Positions 20,637-31,670 of a DNA stretch of 64,000 nucleotides are shown one piece after another. This DNA comes from Candidatus Poribacteria bacterium (GTDB lineage: Bacteria > Poribacteria > WGA-4E > PCPOR2b). A program made the translations under genes and the position numbers. The DNA lies in the NCBI GenBank assembly GCA_965218095.1, contig OZ244587.1, positions 992,001-1,056,000 on the forward strand, written 5' to 3'. Each line of letters starts with the position of its first letter. Within the stretch, counting starts at the first letter, position 1. A model generated the notes under the pieces. The model searched no databases. It saw nothing but the letters and a program-made list of their open reading frames with translations, and was not told the DNA's origin.

Positions 20637-21919
20637 GAAAAGATGTGCTTGGGCGCCAAGACAGTCAGCGTTAAACCGCGCGCGATTGACAACAATGTCA
20701 GTGCCAACCAGAGTCCTTGATTGCCATGAGGTCTAAGGAGATAGTATGCACAAAAGAAGATAGCTGTGGCGGCAATCATGGAATTGCGCATCGGCTTTGA
20801 AGCAGTTGCACCGAGAAAAACACCATCCCAGATGTACGCGACAGCATTTACGATTGGGGCTATGGTTATCCAGATCAGATAGGGACGGGCTTGTGCCAAG
20901 AGGTCTGCTTTGTCCGTGAACAGGGAAAACAGTCTCGACCCAAAGTATCCGAAAATCAAGCTGAACCCGCCCGCAAGGAAAAGTGCCCAAAGAAATGAAT
21001 ATCGTACCACGCTTTTCAAGCCGCGTATCTCCTTCGCCCCTTTGTATTTACCGACAAGACTCTCCGCGGCAAAGGCAAATCCATCAATACCGTAAGCGAG
21101 GATGTGTATAAACTGTAAGAGGATTGCATTGATAGCGAGTAGACTATCACTCAACGTCGCGGATTTTGCGGTAAAAAAAGCGTGGCTAAAAAGTATGCAA
21201 ACGGTACGGATAAAGATATCACGGCTAAGTACGAAAAATCTCTTCAAATCAGGAAGATGCAATACACTTTTTCGATGCCACTCAGCCAACAGATAACTGT
21301 ATTTTTTCAAGAACAGGATAACGGTGCACAGAAGCCCAAGATACTGGGCAATAACGGTTCCTAGAGCAACGCCATCGGATGTCATCAGAAGCAACTTTAC
21401 AAAGAAAAGGTTCAACACAAGATTCAACACGTTCACCATGATGGTGACTATCATGGGATATTTGGCGTTTTGCATCCCCAAAAACCAACCATGACAGACA
21501 TGAAGGCTCAGAGTGGCGGGTGCGGCATAGATACGGATATGAAAGTAGCGACGTGCAAGCTGCTCAACTTCAGTGCTGGCATCAATCAGAGAGAAACTGG
21601 CTGTTGCGATTACAGGTTGAAAGGCAATCAGCAAAAGACCACTCAAGCCCCCAACCAGCAAACCCCTTTTTAGAATCAGGATGCTCTCGTTGAAGTTGTT
21701 CGCGCCATAAGCTTGAGCTGTCAGCCCGGTTGTACCCATCCTGAGAAATCCAAATCCCCAATACACAAAACTAAAAACCATCCCACCGATGGCGATTGCC
21801 CCGAGATAGTATTCCGCTTCTAGTCGCCCCATTAAGGCAGTGTCAACGGCACTTAAAATTGGCACCGACAAATTGCTGATAATGTTCGGAATAGCGAGGC
21901 GAATAACCTGTTTGTTCAT
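20633..21919 (-). CDS. MATE family efflux transporter (DinF-like)
   Basis: LAIPNIISNLSVP...VDTA, GFLRMGTTGLTAQAYG; about 12 TM helices. Confidence 0.92.
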   Translation of the reverse strand: MNKQVIRLAIPNIISNLSVPILSAVDTALMGRLEAEYYLGAIAIGGMVFSFVYWGFGFLRMGTTGLTAQAYGANNFNESILILKRGLLVGGLSGLLLIAFQPVIATASFSLIDASTEVEQLARRYFHIRIYAAPATLSLHVCHGWFLGMQNAKYPMIVTIMVNVLNLVLNLFFVKLLLMTSDGVALGTVIAQYLGLLCTVILFLKKYSYLLAEWHRKSVLHLPDLKRFFVLSRDIFIRTVCILFSHAFFTAKSATLSDSLLAINAILLQFIHILAYGIDGFAFAAESLVGKYKGAKEIRGLKSVVRYSFLWALFLAGGFSLIFGYFGSRLFSLFTDKADLLAQARPYLIWITIAPIVNAVAYIWDGVFLGATASKPMRNSMIAATAIFFCAYYLLRPHGNQGLWLALTLLSIARGLTLTVLAPKHIFS

Positions 21920-22100
21920 GTGCTTTTAGCTACGTCTACCCAAAATGAGATTGAATTGGACTCTAAAACTTGTGGAGATTGCGACAGCGGTTGAATGCGT
22001 ATTCTAGCACTCCTACTGCACGCTGTCAATTGGATAAATTTTCTGCCCATGAAACTCATTATCTTATGCGTGGGGAATTTGTAATACAATACAAATTTCC

Positions 22101-22129
22101 TTGACATCAGGCAATGATTACTATATAAT
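22101..22129 (+). promoter_or_regulatory. consensus sigma70 promoter of rpoBC
   Basis: TTGACA-17 bp-TATAAT, ending 80 bp upstream of the rpoB ATG. Confidence 0.8.
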
Positions 22130-22208
22130 ACTACGTTGCGCCTGTGTCAAAACAGGATTCAGAAAATTAAATATGCCCTTATTTCTAATCTCAAGGTAAG
22201 GTGAAAGC

Positions 22209-25200
22209 ATGCCCCACGTCGTCAAGTATGGCAAACGTGAACGATTGTCCTTTGCAAAAATTCCGGAGATTATGGATCTCCCGGATCTGATTGAGGTTCA
22301 AAAATCTTCCTACGAAGAATTCCTTCAACGAAATATCCCTCCAGAAAAACGTAAAGATAAAGGTCTCCAAGCCGTTTTCAAGGAAATCTTTCCAATCCCC
22401 GACTTCAGCGAAACGTCCGAACTCAGGTTCGTTAGTTATTCCCTCGGCACCCCTAAGTACGACATCAATGAATGCCAATCCCGCGGATTCAGTTACGCCA
22501 TGCCAATCAAGATCTGTGTTCAATTGGTTCTCAGGGAACAAGACAACGACACCGGTGAAAATCAGCTTATTGACATCAAAGAGTCCGAAGTATACATGGG
22601 TGAAATCCCCCTGATGACCGAAAATGGCACCTTCATTATCAACGGCTCTGAGCGGGTGATTGTCAGCCAGTTGCAGCGATCTCCCGGCGCGACGTTTGGG
22701 GAGGAGACCCACACCAGCGGACAAAAACTCCATATAGCGCGAATTATCCCGTATCGCGGGGAATGGATCGAATTTGAACATGACATCAAAGACCAGATCT
22801 ATGTCCGGCTAGCTCGACGGAAAAAGATGTTCGTGACGATTCTGCTTCGAGCGCTCGGCTGGGAAACTGATGAAACCATCCTCAAGATGTACGCTAAGAC
22901 AGAGTGGGTCAGCCTCAACGACTCACTTATTGACCGGGTGATAGCTACTCCTGTCAAACATCTTGTCACTGAAGATGTCTCGCTTGAAGCGAATACGGCA
23001 TTAACAGCAGAACAGATTGATGAGTTACTTAAGGCAGGCATCAGCGAAGTTGAAGTTTTCCACAAGACGAAGACGGAGCGGGTCAGTCTGGATGACTCCC
23101 CGATTGGTCGGGTGACGTCTGTTCCTGTCAAACACTCTGTCACTGGAGATGTCTCGCTTAAAGCGAATACGGAATTGACAGCAAAACAGATTGATGATTT
23201 GCGTAAGCGAGATCCGCTGTTTCAAGTTGATTTGAATTCCGTTGCAAGGCCGGAACCGACACAGTTTGATCCTGATCCAGATTTCGATTATAAGTCACCG
23301 GAGTGGCAATCGCTAAAACGGCAGTGTCGGGAAAAGGCTGGTTGGAAATGCGAGCAATGTGGTATCGATCTTAGCGATGACCCCAAGTATCTTGATACCC
23401 ACCATGTAAAAGGCAGCCAGCATAACAATCTCGAAGACCTTATGGCTCTCTGTATTGGTTGCCATGCGGAACAACAACCGGATGAAAGACATAAACACCT
23501 CAAAAAAGAGGACCGTTATAAAGAATTTATGGATTCATACGGTGACAACTGGAAGTCTGCTATCCTCCAATGGAAGTCTGCTGTCCTCCAAAGCGATTTG
23601 ACGGATGGTGCATCAGTGTCGGATGAATGGTGCCGACAGTTTAAGGACAATGGTGCTTCTCTGTCCCCTTCCGCAATCGTACAGGTAAAGACAGAAAGTC
23701 GACGCTGGCGTGTATCGAACAAAAACAGCAGAGGTAACTTTACCATTGAGAAAGCAGGGGATACCTTCAATGTCTATCAAGATCTTGAGATTGAAGTTTT
23801 TCACAAGACGGAGCGGGTCAGTCTGGATGACTCCCTGATTGGTCGGGTGACGTCTGCTTCTGTCGAATACAAACGCCTTGTCACTGCAGATGTTTTACTT
23901 GAAGTGAATACGGAATTGACAGCAGAACAGATTGCGGATTTGCTTGAGGCAGGCGTCGGTGAGGTTGAGGTTCTAGACGCAGATGATGCAGAGGAGATTC
24001 GTTTCCTGCGGAATACGCTTGAGCGTGACCTTCAATTAGATTACACGCTGCCGCGGATTTTTCAAGTACCGTTACCGTCAGACCTCGAAGGCGATTTGAC
24101 GGATGATGCACCGGTGTCAGATGCATGGCTCCGAAAGTTTAAGGACAATGGTACTTCTCTGTCCCCTTCCGCAACCGTGCAGGTAAAAGCAGAGGGGCGC
24201 TATCGTATATCCAACAAAAACAGTAGAGATAACTTCACCATTGAGAAAGCAGGGGATACCCTCAACGTCTATCGTGGGAGTATCCAGGATCTGGCGGTTG
24301 TGGATATTTTCCGTAAGTTGCAACCGGGCGATCCTCCCACAATTGAAAGCGCATACAACCGTTTTGAAAAGATGTTCTTCGACCCGGTGCGCTATGACCT
24401 TGCAGAGGTAGGTCGGTACAAGCTCAATAGGAAGCTCGGTGATCTCTCCCTGTATCGGAATGGGAACGAAATGGTGGGTGAGCATGTGCGTATTCTGCGT
24501 AAGGAGGACATCGCCGCGGTTCTCAAATACCTGATCCAGGTCCAGAATGGAAATGGGGAGATGGACGACATTGATCACCTCGGCAACCGTCGCGTGCGGG
24601 CAGTCGGGGAACTGTTACAAAATCAGGTGCGAATGGGGATGCAGCGCGTTACGCGTGCCACCCGAGAGCGGTTGACGGTTCAAGAACTGGAGAGTATGAC
24701 GCCTCCTGATTTAATCAATCCGAAACCGCTGACCGCTGCGATTAAAGATTTCTTTGGCTCCAGCCAACTTTCCCAATTTATGCAGCAGGCCAACCCACTG
24801 GATGAATTAACCCACAAACGCCGCTTGAGCGCGTTGGGTCCAGGCGGACTGCATCGAGAACGCGCAACCTTTGAGGTCCGAGACGTTCACCGTACCCACT
24901 ATGGGCGGGTGTGTCCAATCGAGACGCCCGAAGGTCCTTCGGTTGGGTTGATTGTTTCCTTGAGCACTTACGCACGAGTAAACGCCTACGGCTTTATGGA
25001 AACACCTTATCGAAAGGTGGTGAATGGGCAAGCGACTGACCAGATTGACTACCTGACAGCGGATAAGGAGGATGCATTCACCATTGCGCAGGCGCACGCT
25101 GTCCTTGATAAGGATGGAAATATGGCAGATGATCTGATGGTCACGCGGCACAAGGACGACTTCCCCCGGAAACCCGCACAGGAGGTCGATTACATTGACG

Positions 25201-27227
25201 TTTCGCCGAAGCAGATTGTTGGCGTCTCTGCCGCACTTATTCCGTTCCTCGAACATGATGATGCAAACCGCGCCTTGATGGGGAGTAACATGCAAAGGCA
25301 AGCGGTACCGCTGCTCCGCCCGCAAGCTCCGCGTATTGGGACCGGTATGGAGTACAAGGCAGCCCATGACTCTGGCGCAGTTGTGTTGGCAAAGCGGGAT
25401 GGTGTCGTGGAGAGCGTTTCTGCCTCCGAAATCATTATCCGCACGGATGACACCTTTCGGATTGATGGTGGAGAACAGTCATTCAGCGAGATGGGATACG
25501 ATGTCTACCGGTTGGTGAATTTCAAGCGATCGAACAGTGGCACCGGTCTTCATCAACGCCCGTGTGTGGCTGCCAAGGAAGTGGTGAAAGCAGGCCAGGT
25601 GATTGCCGATGGCACCTCGACGGAAGATGGGGAACTTGCCCTCGGTAGCAACGTTCTGGTTGCGTTCATGTCTTGGGAAGGATATAATTATGAGGATGCG
25701 CTCCTCATAAGCGAATCACTGGTAACTGATGATACCTACACCTCCATCCACATCGAAGAGTTTGAGGTGGAAGCGCGGGATACGAAGATGGGGAGGGAGG
25801 AGATCACCCGGGACATCCCGAACCTCTCAGAGGAAGCCTTGAGTCAACTGGATGAAGAGGGAATTATTCATGTCGGTTCGATTGTTCGTCCCGGAAGTAT
25901 TCTGGTCGGCAAGGTTACCCCGAAAGGGGAAAGCGACCTGGGTCCAGAGGAGAAACTTCTTCGGGCTATTTTTGGTGAGAAAGTCGGTGAGGTGCGTGAC
26001 GCTTCCAAGTACGTCAGACCCGGCACAGAAGGTGTAGTGGTTGATGTGAAGGTCTTCTCCCGGAGAGAGCGAGAACGCGATCGCCAGACCGAGTTGCGGG
26101 AGCTTGCTAAAGAGAAGGAAGTCGAAAAAGAGTGGCAGGCGAAGTGCATGTTAATCAACCAGCGCAAGAACACAGAGATTCGTAACACTCTGCTCGGCAA
26201 AACGCTCGCTAGTAGCGTCTCTGATGGCGCAGAACTTCACGCCCAGCAGGGAGATGTTGTCACAGAGGAGTTGCTGGATGCAGGGGCGCCCCTCGAACAC
26301 TTCCATGTCACGGACGCTAATGCAATGGACCGCATCCAGCGCATTCGACAATTGGCGCAAGGGCGCATTGATGCCCTGACCGCCGAGCAGGAAGATCAGC
26401 TTGAGAAGATTCGCAAGGGGGATGAGTTGAAGCCCGGCGTTCTCAAACTGGTGAAGGTTTATGTGGCGAACCATCGCAAGATTGCTGTCGGCGACAAGAT
26501 GTCTGGGAGACATGGCAACAAGGGGGTGGTCGCGAAGATACTCCCGCAAGAAGACATGCCGTACCTGGAAGATGGAACCCCAGTTCAGATTGTAATGAAC
26601 CCGTTGGGCGTCCCCGGACGAATGAATGCCGGACAGATTCTGGAGGCGCATTTGGGCCGGGCAGCGGAGAAACTCGGCTTGTACATCACTACACCGGTCT
26701 TTGATGGCGCGAATGAGGAGGAGATTCGTGAGCTCTTGCACAAAGCCGGACTGCCCGAAAGCGGAAAAGCGAAGTTGTATGATGGACGTACGGGGGAACC
26801 TTTTGCACAGGAAGTCACCGTCGGACATGGGTATGTTCTCAAGCTGAATCATCTCGTTGATGATAAAATCCACGCTCGCAGCACAGGCCCTTATTCGTTG
26901 GTGACGCAGCAACCGCTCGGCGGCAAGGCGCAACAAGGCGGACAACGGTTCGGCGAGATGGAGGTGTGGGCATTGGAGGCGTATGGCGCCGCATACACCC
27001 TTCAGGAGTTGCTCACGATTAAATCCGACGATGTCGTCGGAAGGAGTAAGATCTACGAAGCAATTGTCAAAGGGGAGAATGCTCCTACGCCGGGCACTCC
27101 AGAATCGTTTAACGTCCTGGTAAAAGAATTACAAAGCCTCTGCCTCGATGTGAAATTAGAACAAGCATCTGGTGACGCAGAGACATTTGACATTGACGTC
27201 ACGAATTGGACGGCAGAAAAAGAATGA
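22209..27227 (+). CDS. rpoB: DNA-directed RNA polymerase subunit beta, with large nested insertions including an HNH domain
   Basis: [61 protein letters not shown] motifs; 1672 aa. Confidence 0.98.
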   Translation: MPHVVKYGKRERLSFAKIPEIMDLPDLIEVQKSSYEEFLQRNIPPEKRKDKGLQAVFKEIFPIPDFSETSELRFVSYSLGTPKYDINECQSRGFSYAMPIKICVQLVLREQDNDTGENQLIDIKESEVYMGEIPLMTENGTFIINGSERVIVSQLQRSPGATFGEETHTSGQKLHIARIIPYRGEWIEFEHDIKDQIYVRLARRKKMFVTILLRALGWETDETILKMYAKTEWVSLNDSLIDRVIATPVKHLVTEDVSLEANTALTAEQIDELLKAGISEVEVFHKTKTERVSLDDSPIGRVTSVPVKHSVTGDVSLKANTELTAKQIDDLRKRDPLFQVDLNSVARPEPTQFDPDPDFDYKSPEWQSLKRQCREKAGWKCEQCGIDLSDDPKYLDTHHVKGSQHNNLEDLMALCIGCHAEQQPDERHKHLKKEDRYKEFMDSYGDNWKSAILQWKSAVLQSDLTDGASVSDEWCRQFKDNGASLSPSAIVQVKTESRRWRVSNKNSRGNFTIEKAGDTFNVYQDLEIEVFHKTERVSLDDSLIGRVTSASVEYKRLVTADVLLEVNTELTAEQIADLLEAGVGEVEVLDADDAEEIRFLRNTLERDLQLDYTLPRIFQVPLPSDLEGDLTDDAPVSDAWLRKFKDNGTSLSPSATVQVKAEGRYRISNKNSRDNFTIEKAGDTLNVYRGSIQDLAVVDIFRKLQPGDPPTIESAYNRFEKMFFDPVRYDLAEVGRYKLNRKLGDLSLYRNGNEMVGEHVRILRKEDIAAVLKYLIQVQNGNGEMDDIDHLGNRRVRAVGELLQNQVRMGMQRVTRATRERLTVQELESMTPPDLINPKPLTAAIKDFFGSSQLSQFMQQANPLDELTHKRRLSALGPGGLHRERATFEVRDVHRTHYGRVCPIETPEGPSVGLIVSLSTYARVNAYGFMETPYRKVVNGQATDQIDYLTADKEDAFTIAQAHAVLDKDGNMADDLMVTRHKDDFPRKPAQEVDYIDVSPKQIVGVSAALIPFLEHDDANRALMGSNMQRQAVPLLRPQAPRIGTGMEYKAAHDSGAVVLAKRDGVVESVSASEIIIRTDDTFRIDGGEQSFSEMGYDVYRLVNFKRSNSGTGLHQRPCVAAKEVVKAGQVIADGTSTEDGELALGSNVLVAFMSWEGYNYEDALLISESLVTDDTYTSIHIEEFEVEARDTKMGREEITRDIPNLSEEALSQLDEEGIIHVGSIVRPGSILVGKVTPKGESDLGPEEKLLRAIFGEKVGEVRDASKYVRPGTEGVVVDVKVFSRRERERDRQTELRELAKEKEVEKEWQAKCMLINQRKNTEIRNTLLGKTLASSVSDGAELHAQQGDVVTEELLDAGAPLEHFHVTDANAMDRIQRIRQLAQGRIDALTAEQEDQLEKIRKGDELKPGVLKLVKVYVANHRKIAVGDKMSGRHGNKGVVAKILPQEDMPYLEDGTPVQIVMNPLGVPGRMNAGQILEAHLGRAAEKLGLYITTPVFDGANEEEIRELLHKAGLPESGKAKLYDGRTGEPFAQEVTVGHGYVLKLNHLVDDKIHARSTGPYSLVTQQPLGGKAQQGGQRFGEMEVWALEAYGAAYTLQELLTIKSDDVVGRSKIYEAIVKGENAPTPGTPESFNVLVKELQSLCLDVKLEQASGDAETFDIDVTNWTAEKE
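22896..23976 (+). repeat. three tandem copies of a ~55 aa beta-lobe insertion module in rpoB (starts near 22896, 23070, 23805)
   Basis: KTE(W/R)VSL(N/D)DS.I.RV...NT(A/E)LTA.QI.(E/D)L repeated; DNA near 23050-23130 is almost identical to 23791-23865. Confidence 0.85.
23280..23549 (+). other. HNH endonuclease-like domain embedded in frame in RpoB
   Basis: [20 protein letters not shown]...[28 protein letters not shown]...H. Confidence 0.85.
23592..24275 (+). repeat. two copies of a ~65 aa module in rpoB (23592-23780 and 24090-24275)
   Basis: DLTD.A.VSD.W.R.FKDNG.SLSPSA.VQVK.E...[20 protein letters not shown] occurs twice. Confidence 0.85.
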
Positions 27228-27316
27228 GGCGTGAAACGTAAAGCGTAAGAGGGAATTAGGGCGTATTGACAAATAGCTCCAAAGACTCATCAGATCGACA
27301 GAAAAGGAGACGCCAG

Positions 27317-30300
27317 ATGTCGAAAAACCTGAACAATTTTGACGCGATTTCAATCCGGATTGCTTCGCCGGAACAGATCAAGGAATGGGTAAAACCGACC
27401 GCATGCCACCAACGGGCCAGTACGTGCACAATAGGAAACTGCACATGCGGCGAAGTCCAGAAGCCCGAGACTATTAATTATCGCACATTCCGTCCCGAAC
27501 GAGACGGTTTGTTCTGTGAGGCGATCTTCGGGCCTCAGAAAGATTGGGAGTGTGGCTGCGGTAAGTACAAACGGATTAAACATAAAGGGGTGATTTGCGA
27601 TCGATGCGGGGTCGAAGTCACGCAGCAGAAGGTGCGCCGTGAACGGATGGGGTATATCCAGTTAGCGGCGCCGGTCTCGCATATCTGGTTCTTCAAAGGA
27701 CTCCCCTCGCGGATCGGGCTCTTTTTAGATCTCCCATTTCGTGATATAGAACGTGTCATCTATTTCGAGTCGTTTATTGTTCTGGAAGTCAATGATCCTG
27801 ACTGTGATCTGGAGGTGAAGCAACTCCTGACAGAGGAGGAGTACACCCAATTGACAACACAGTTTCCTGATGGCTTCCGTGCCGGCATGGGGGCGGATGC
27901 GATTAGGGAACTGCTGGAGCAGATTGATCTAGATCAAGAAGTGGAAACCCTGCGTGCAGAACTCGCCGAAACCGCAAGCAAGCAGAAAGCTCGGAAACTC
28001 TCCAAGCGGTTGAAGCTGGTGCTCGGTTTCAAAAAATCAGGCAATCAGCCGCACTGGATGATCCTTACGGTGATTCCGGTCATCCCCCCGGACTTACGTC
28101 CACTGGTTGCTCTCGACGGGGGACGCTTCGCCACCAGTGATCTGAATGATCTCTACCGGCGGGTGATTAACCGGAATAACCGCCTGAAGCGACTGATGGA
28201 ACTCCGGGCGCCCGAGGTAATTATCCGCAATGAGAAACGAATGCTCCAGGAAGCTGTAGATGCACTGCTGGATAATGGTCGACATGGACGCGTGGTGCGG
28301 GGGCCGGGCAATCGTCCGCTGAAATCCCTTTCCGATATGCTCAAAGGGAAGCCGGGGCGATTTCGTCAGAACCTGCTTGGCAAGCGTGTAGACTACTCAG
28401 GACGGACGGTCATCGTGGTCGGTCCTGAGCTCCAGTTGGACCAGTGTGGCCTCCCGAAGAAGATGGCATTGGAGCTATTTAAGCCGTTCATCATCCATAA
28501 GCTGCAAGCGAAGGGCTATGCCCACACCATCAAACGTGCGAAGAACATGGCAGAACAGGTCTCGCCAGAGGTGTGGGAGGTCCTGGAAGAGGTGATTGAC
28601 GAACATCCGGTTTTGCTGAACCGCGCCCCGACACTACACCGATTAGGGATTCAGGCGTTTCAACCCCTCTTGGTGGAGGGAAAGGCAATCCGGATCAATC
28701 CGCTTGTGTGTGAGGCATTCAATGCGGACTTCGATGGGGACCAGATGGCGGTGCACGTCCCGTTGAGCGTCGAAGCACAGATCGAGGCAAAACTACTGAT
28801 GATGGCGACACGAAACCTCCTGAAGCCTGCTCATGGTGACGCGATTGCGGTACCAAGTAAGGATGTCGCGCTCGGTTGCAATTTCCTTACGAAGGAGATT
28901 CCGGAAAATCGACGGGAGGAGGTGTGCCGGGTATCCATCCCACGGACCTATCGCGATACGGGTGAGATCATCCTTGCGCATGAGTGCGGTGTACTGGGGC
29001 TGCACGATCCAGTAAAGCTCTACCTTGATGGAGCAACGCAGCTAATTGAGACAACGGTGGGTCGAGTCATCTTCAACCAGATTGTTCCGCCGGAACTGCG
29101 ATTTACGGACCCCGAAACGAGAGAATCGCTACCTTTTATCAACCTGGAGATGCGCTCTGGAGATCTCTCCAAGCTGGTGTCCCGTGCGTTTGAGGAGCTG
29201 GGCAATCGCCGCACCGTTGAGTTTATCGATGAGTTAAAACGGCTCGGTTTTCATTACGCAACCCTGGCCGGGGTCTCCATCGCCATGCAGGACATGATCA
29301 TCCCTCCCGAGAAGCAGGGGTTGATAACGACTGCACGGAAGCAGGTGGAACAGATTGAAGCCGATTTCCAAAGTGGCGGTATGAGTGAAGGCGAACGGTA
29401 CAACAAAGTCATTGATATCTGGCATCAACTGATTGCGCAAATCGAAACCGCCTTGTTTGATGGACTGGCACAGGGACGGGATGATGAGGTTGAAGGGTTC
29501 AATCCCGTCCATATCATGGTGGACTCCGGCGCGATTTCCCGAAGCAAGCGGGATTCAATTCGCCAGTTGAGCGGACTGCGCGGGTTGATGACCAAGCCCT
29601 CCGGAGAAATTATTGAGCAGCCAATCGAGTCCTGCTTCCACGAAGGGTTGTCAGTTCTCGAATACTTCATTTCTACGCACGGAGCGCGGAAGGGACTTGC
29701 CGACACAGCGATTAAGACCGCCAGCAGCGGATACTTGACGCGGAAACTGGTTGATGTCGCGCAAGATGTGATAGTGACGATGATCGACTGTGGAACATTG
29801 GGTGATGTTACCAAGACGGCAGGCGAAGAGGAAGATAATACACTTGCTGAACGGATTTTCGGACGCACAGCGGCGGAAGACAATGTCGACCCGAATACAG
29901 GTGAACTGCTTGTCTCAAAGGATGATCGGATTACCCACCAAATAGCACAGCAGATCGAGGCGGTTGGTATCCCCGAAGTCCACGTCCGATCGGTGCTGAC
30001 ATGCGAAGCCCTGCATGGTGTGTGTGCGAGGTGTTACGGGACCGATTTGACAAGCGGACATCTCGTGGACGTCGGGGAGGCAATTGGTATCATTGCTGCA
30101 CAATCGATTGGGGAGCCGGGGACGCAGTTGACAATGCGGACGTTCCACACGGGCGGTACCGTCAGTGGCGGCGGGTTCCAATCGAGGGTTGAAGCTCGGC
30201 ACGACGGGATAGTGCAGTACCACAACAACGTCAGGTTCGTTGAACGACCGGTTCAGGCTCAATCAGCAACCAACGCTCAACCATCAGAAGGGGAAGTCTT

Positions 30301-31546
30301 TGAAAAAACTATCATCTCTCGAAATGCGCAACTCCGCATCGTTGATGCGAACGAACGCACAGTGGAACGGCACAATGTAGATGTCGGAGCGCGTCTCTGT
30401 GTCGAAGATGGACAGGTAGTAAGCAAAGGGGATGTCCAAAACGGCGTACAACCCACCCTGCTGCTGGAATGGGATCCGTATCGAGTGCCGATTCTGACGG
30501 AGGAAGAAGGGCACGGCGTGTTCAAAGATATTATCGAAGGGAAAACGATGCGCGAGGACAAAGCCACCGGTTTGGCAGAGTGGGTTATTATTGAATATAA
30601 AGGGGAGGATCAACCGCAAATTGAGATCCACAACGATGCTGGAGAAGTCCTCGCCAGTTACCTGATGCCAACAGGTGCACACCTTTCTATCACAGATGGT
30701 GAAGAGGTTAGTAAGGGCACGGTCCTGGCCCGTCTCCCTCGCGAGACAGCAAAGAGCCGAGACATCGTGACAGGGTTGCCACGGGTCACGGAACTCTTTG
30801 AGGCGCGACGGCCGAAGGACACCGCTGTCATCTCCAAGATTGAAGGATATGTCGAATTAGAGAGCCCTAGCCGTGGTGTACGCATCCTGCGCGTGGTGGA
30901 CGGAGACTTTCAGGAGAGCCATCGCATTCCACAGGGCAAACACCTAATTGTGCAGAATAATGACAGGGTAGCAGCAGGAGAACGGTTGACAGATGGACCA
31001 ATCAACCCGCACGATATCCTCGAAGTGAAAGGGGGGGAGGCAGTCCAGAACTACCTAGTCGATGAGGTGCAGGACGTGTATCGGAAGCAGGGCGAACGCA
31101 TCAATGACAAGCACATTGAAGTGATTGTGCGGCAGATGCTGAATAAGGTAAAGATTAAGCATCCAGGCGATACGGATTTCCTCGAAGAGGACGAAGTGGA
31201 CCGGTCGATCTTTAATCGAATAAACCGCCGTGTTCAGGAAAACGACGGACAGCCTGCCACAGCGGAGCCGATTCTCCAGGGCATCACAAAAGCCTCTCTT
31301 TCCACTGAGAGCTTCATTTCCGCGGCATCGTTCCAACAGACCACCAATGTCCTGACGAAGGCTTCGGTCATCGGCAAGCGCGATCGGCTGGTGGGTTTGA
31401 AGGAGAATGTCATAATGGGACACCTTATCCCCGCAGGAACGGGGGTGGGGCAGTTCCGGAAGATTCAGATTTTCCCCACAACGGAACCACAACCAGAGCT
31501 TCCAGATGCTTCACCGTTGCCAATCGATGAACAGGCGGCCGATTGA
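27317..31546 (+). CDS. rpoC: DNA-directed RNA polymerase subunit beta'
   Basis: KPETINYRT, Zn-finger CxC...CxxC, catalytic [20 protein letters not shown]; AAGGAG RBS before ATG 27317. Confidence 0.98.
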   Translation: MSKNLNNFDAISIRIASPEQIKEWVKPTACHQRASTCTIGNCTCGEVQKPETINYRTFRPERDGLFCEAIFGPQKDWECGCGKYKRIKHKGVICDRCGVEVTQQKVRRERMGYIQLAAPVSHIWFFKGLPSRIGLFLDLPFRDIERVIYFESFIVLEVNDPDCDLEVKQLLTEEEYTQLTTQFPDGFRAGMGADAIRELLEQIDLDQEVETLRAELAETASKQKARKLSKRLKLVLGFKKSGNQPHWMILTVIPVIPPDLRPLVALDGGRFATSDLNDLYRRVINRNNRLKRLMELRAPEVIIRNEKRMLQEAVDALLDNGRHGRVVRGPGNRPLKSLSDMLKGKPGRFRQNLLGKRVDYSGRTVIVVGPELQLDQCGLPKKMALELFKPFIIHKLQAKGYAHTIKRAKNMAEQVSPEVWEVLEEVIDEHPVLLNRAPTLHRLGIQAFQPLLVEGKAIRINPLVCEAFNADFDGDQMAVHVPLSVEAQIEAKLLMMATRNLLKPAHGDAIAVPSKDVALGCNFLTKEIPENRREEVCRVSIPRTYRDTGEIILAHECGVLGLHDPVKLYLDGATQLIETTVGRVIFNQIVPPELRFTDPETRESLPFINLEMRSGDLSKLVSRAFEELGNRRTVEFIDELKRLGFHYATLAGVSIAMQDMIIPPEKQGLITTARKQVEQIEADFQSGGMSEGERYNKVIDIWHQLIAQIETALFDGLAQGRDDEVEGFNPVHIMVDSGAISRSKRDSIRQLSGLRGLMTKPSGEIIEQPIESCFHEGLSVLEYFISTHGARKGLADTAIKTASSGYLTRKLVDVAQDVIVTMIDCGTLGDVTKTAGEEEDNTLAERIFGRTAAEDNVDPNTGELLVSKDDRITHQIAQQIEAVGIPEVHVRSVLTCEALHGVCARCYGTDLTSGHLVDVGEAIGIIAAQSIGEPGTQLTMRTFHTGGTVSGGGFQSRVEARHDGIVQYHNNVRFVERPVQAQSATNAQPSEGEVFEKTIISRNAQLRIVDANERTVERHNVDVGARLCVEDGQVVSKGDVQNGVQPTLLLEWDPYRVPILTEEEGHGVFKDIIEGKTMREDKATGLAEWVIIEYKGEDQPQIEIHNDAGEVLASYLMPTGAHLSITDGEEVSKGTVLARLPRETAKSRDIVTGLPRVTELFEARRPKDTAVISKIEGYVELESPSRGVRILRVVDGDFQESHRIPQGKHLIVQNNDRVAAGERLTDGPINPHDILEVKGGEAVQNYLVDEVQDVYRKQGERINDKHIEVIVRQMLNKVKIKHPGDTDFLEEDEVDRSIFNRINRRVQENDGQPATAEPILQGITKASLSTESFISAASFQQTTNVLTKASVIGKRDRLVGLKENVIMGHLIPAGTGVGQFRKIQIFPTTEPQPELPDASPLPIDEQAAD

Positions 31547-31562
31547 GCGTGAAACGCGGCGT

Positions 31563-31670
31563 CAGGTATTAGGTTTAAGTGTTTGCTTATTCCTAAGAGC
31601 GTGTGTGAAAAGTGGTTTTTGGCTTGTCGGACTTCTCACACACGCTCTAAGACCTGAGCCCTAATACCTG
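31563..31670. terminator. outer inverted repeat between convergent rpoC and HAD genes (possible terminator)
   Basis: CAGGTATTAGG (31563) pairs with CCTAATACCTG (31660). Confidence 0.45.
31597..31647. mobile_element. 51-bp MITE-like element, IS5-type ends, TAA target duplication
   Basis: TAA-GAGCGTGTGTGAAAAGT...ACTTCTCACACACGCTC-TAA; 17-bp IR with 1 mismatch. Confidence 0.65.

Noticed and set aside
23208-23790. Intein or group I intron in rpoB
   Set aside because: No intein splice motifs at the insert boundaries, the site is a variable surface region rather than a conserved motif, and the frame is fully open with protein-like repeats on both sides
26050-26420. Additional novel insertion in the C-terminal part of RpoB, and the large insertion after TMRTFH in RpoC
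   Set aside because: The positions match known lineage-specific insertions (beta-i9-like coiled coil; beta'-i6 SBHM)
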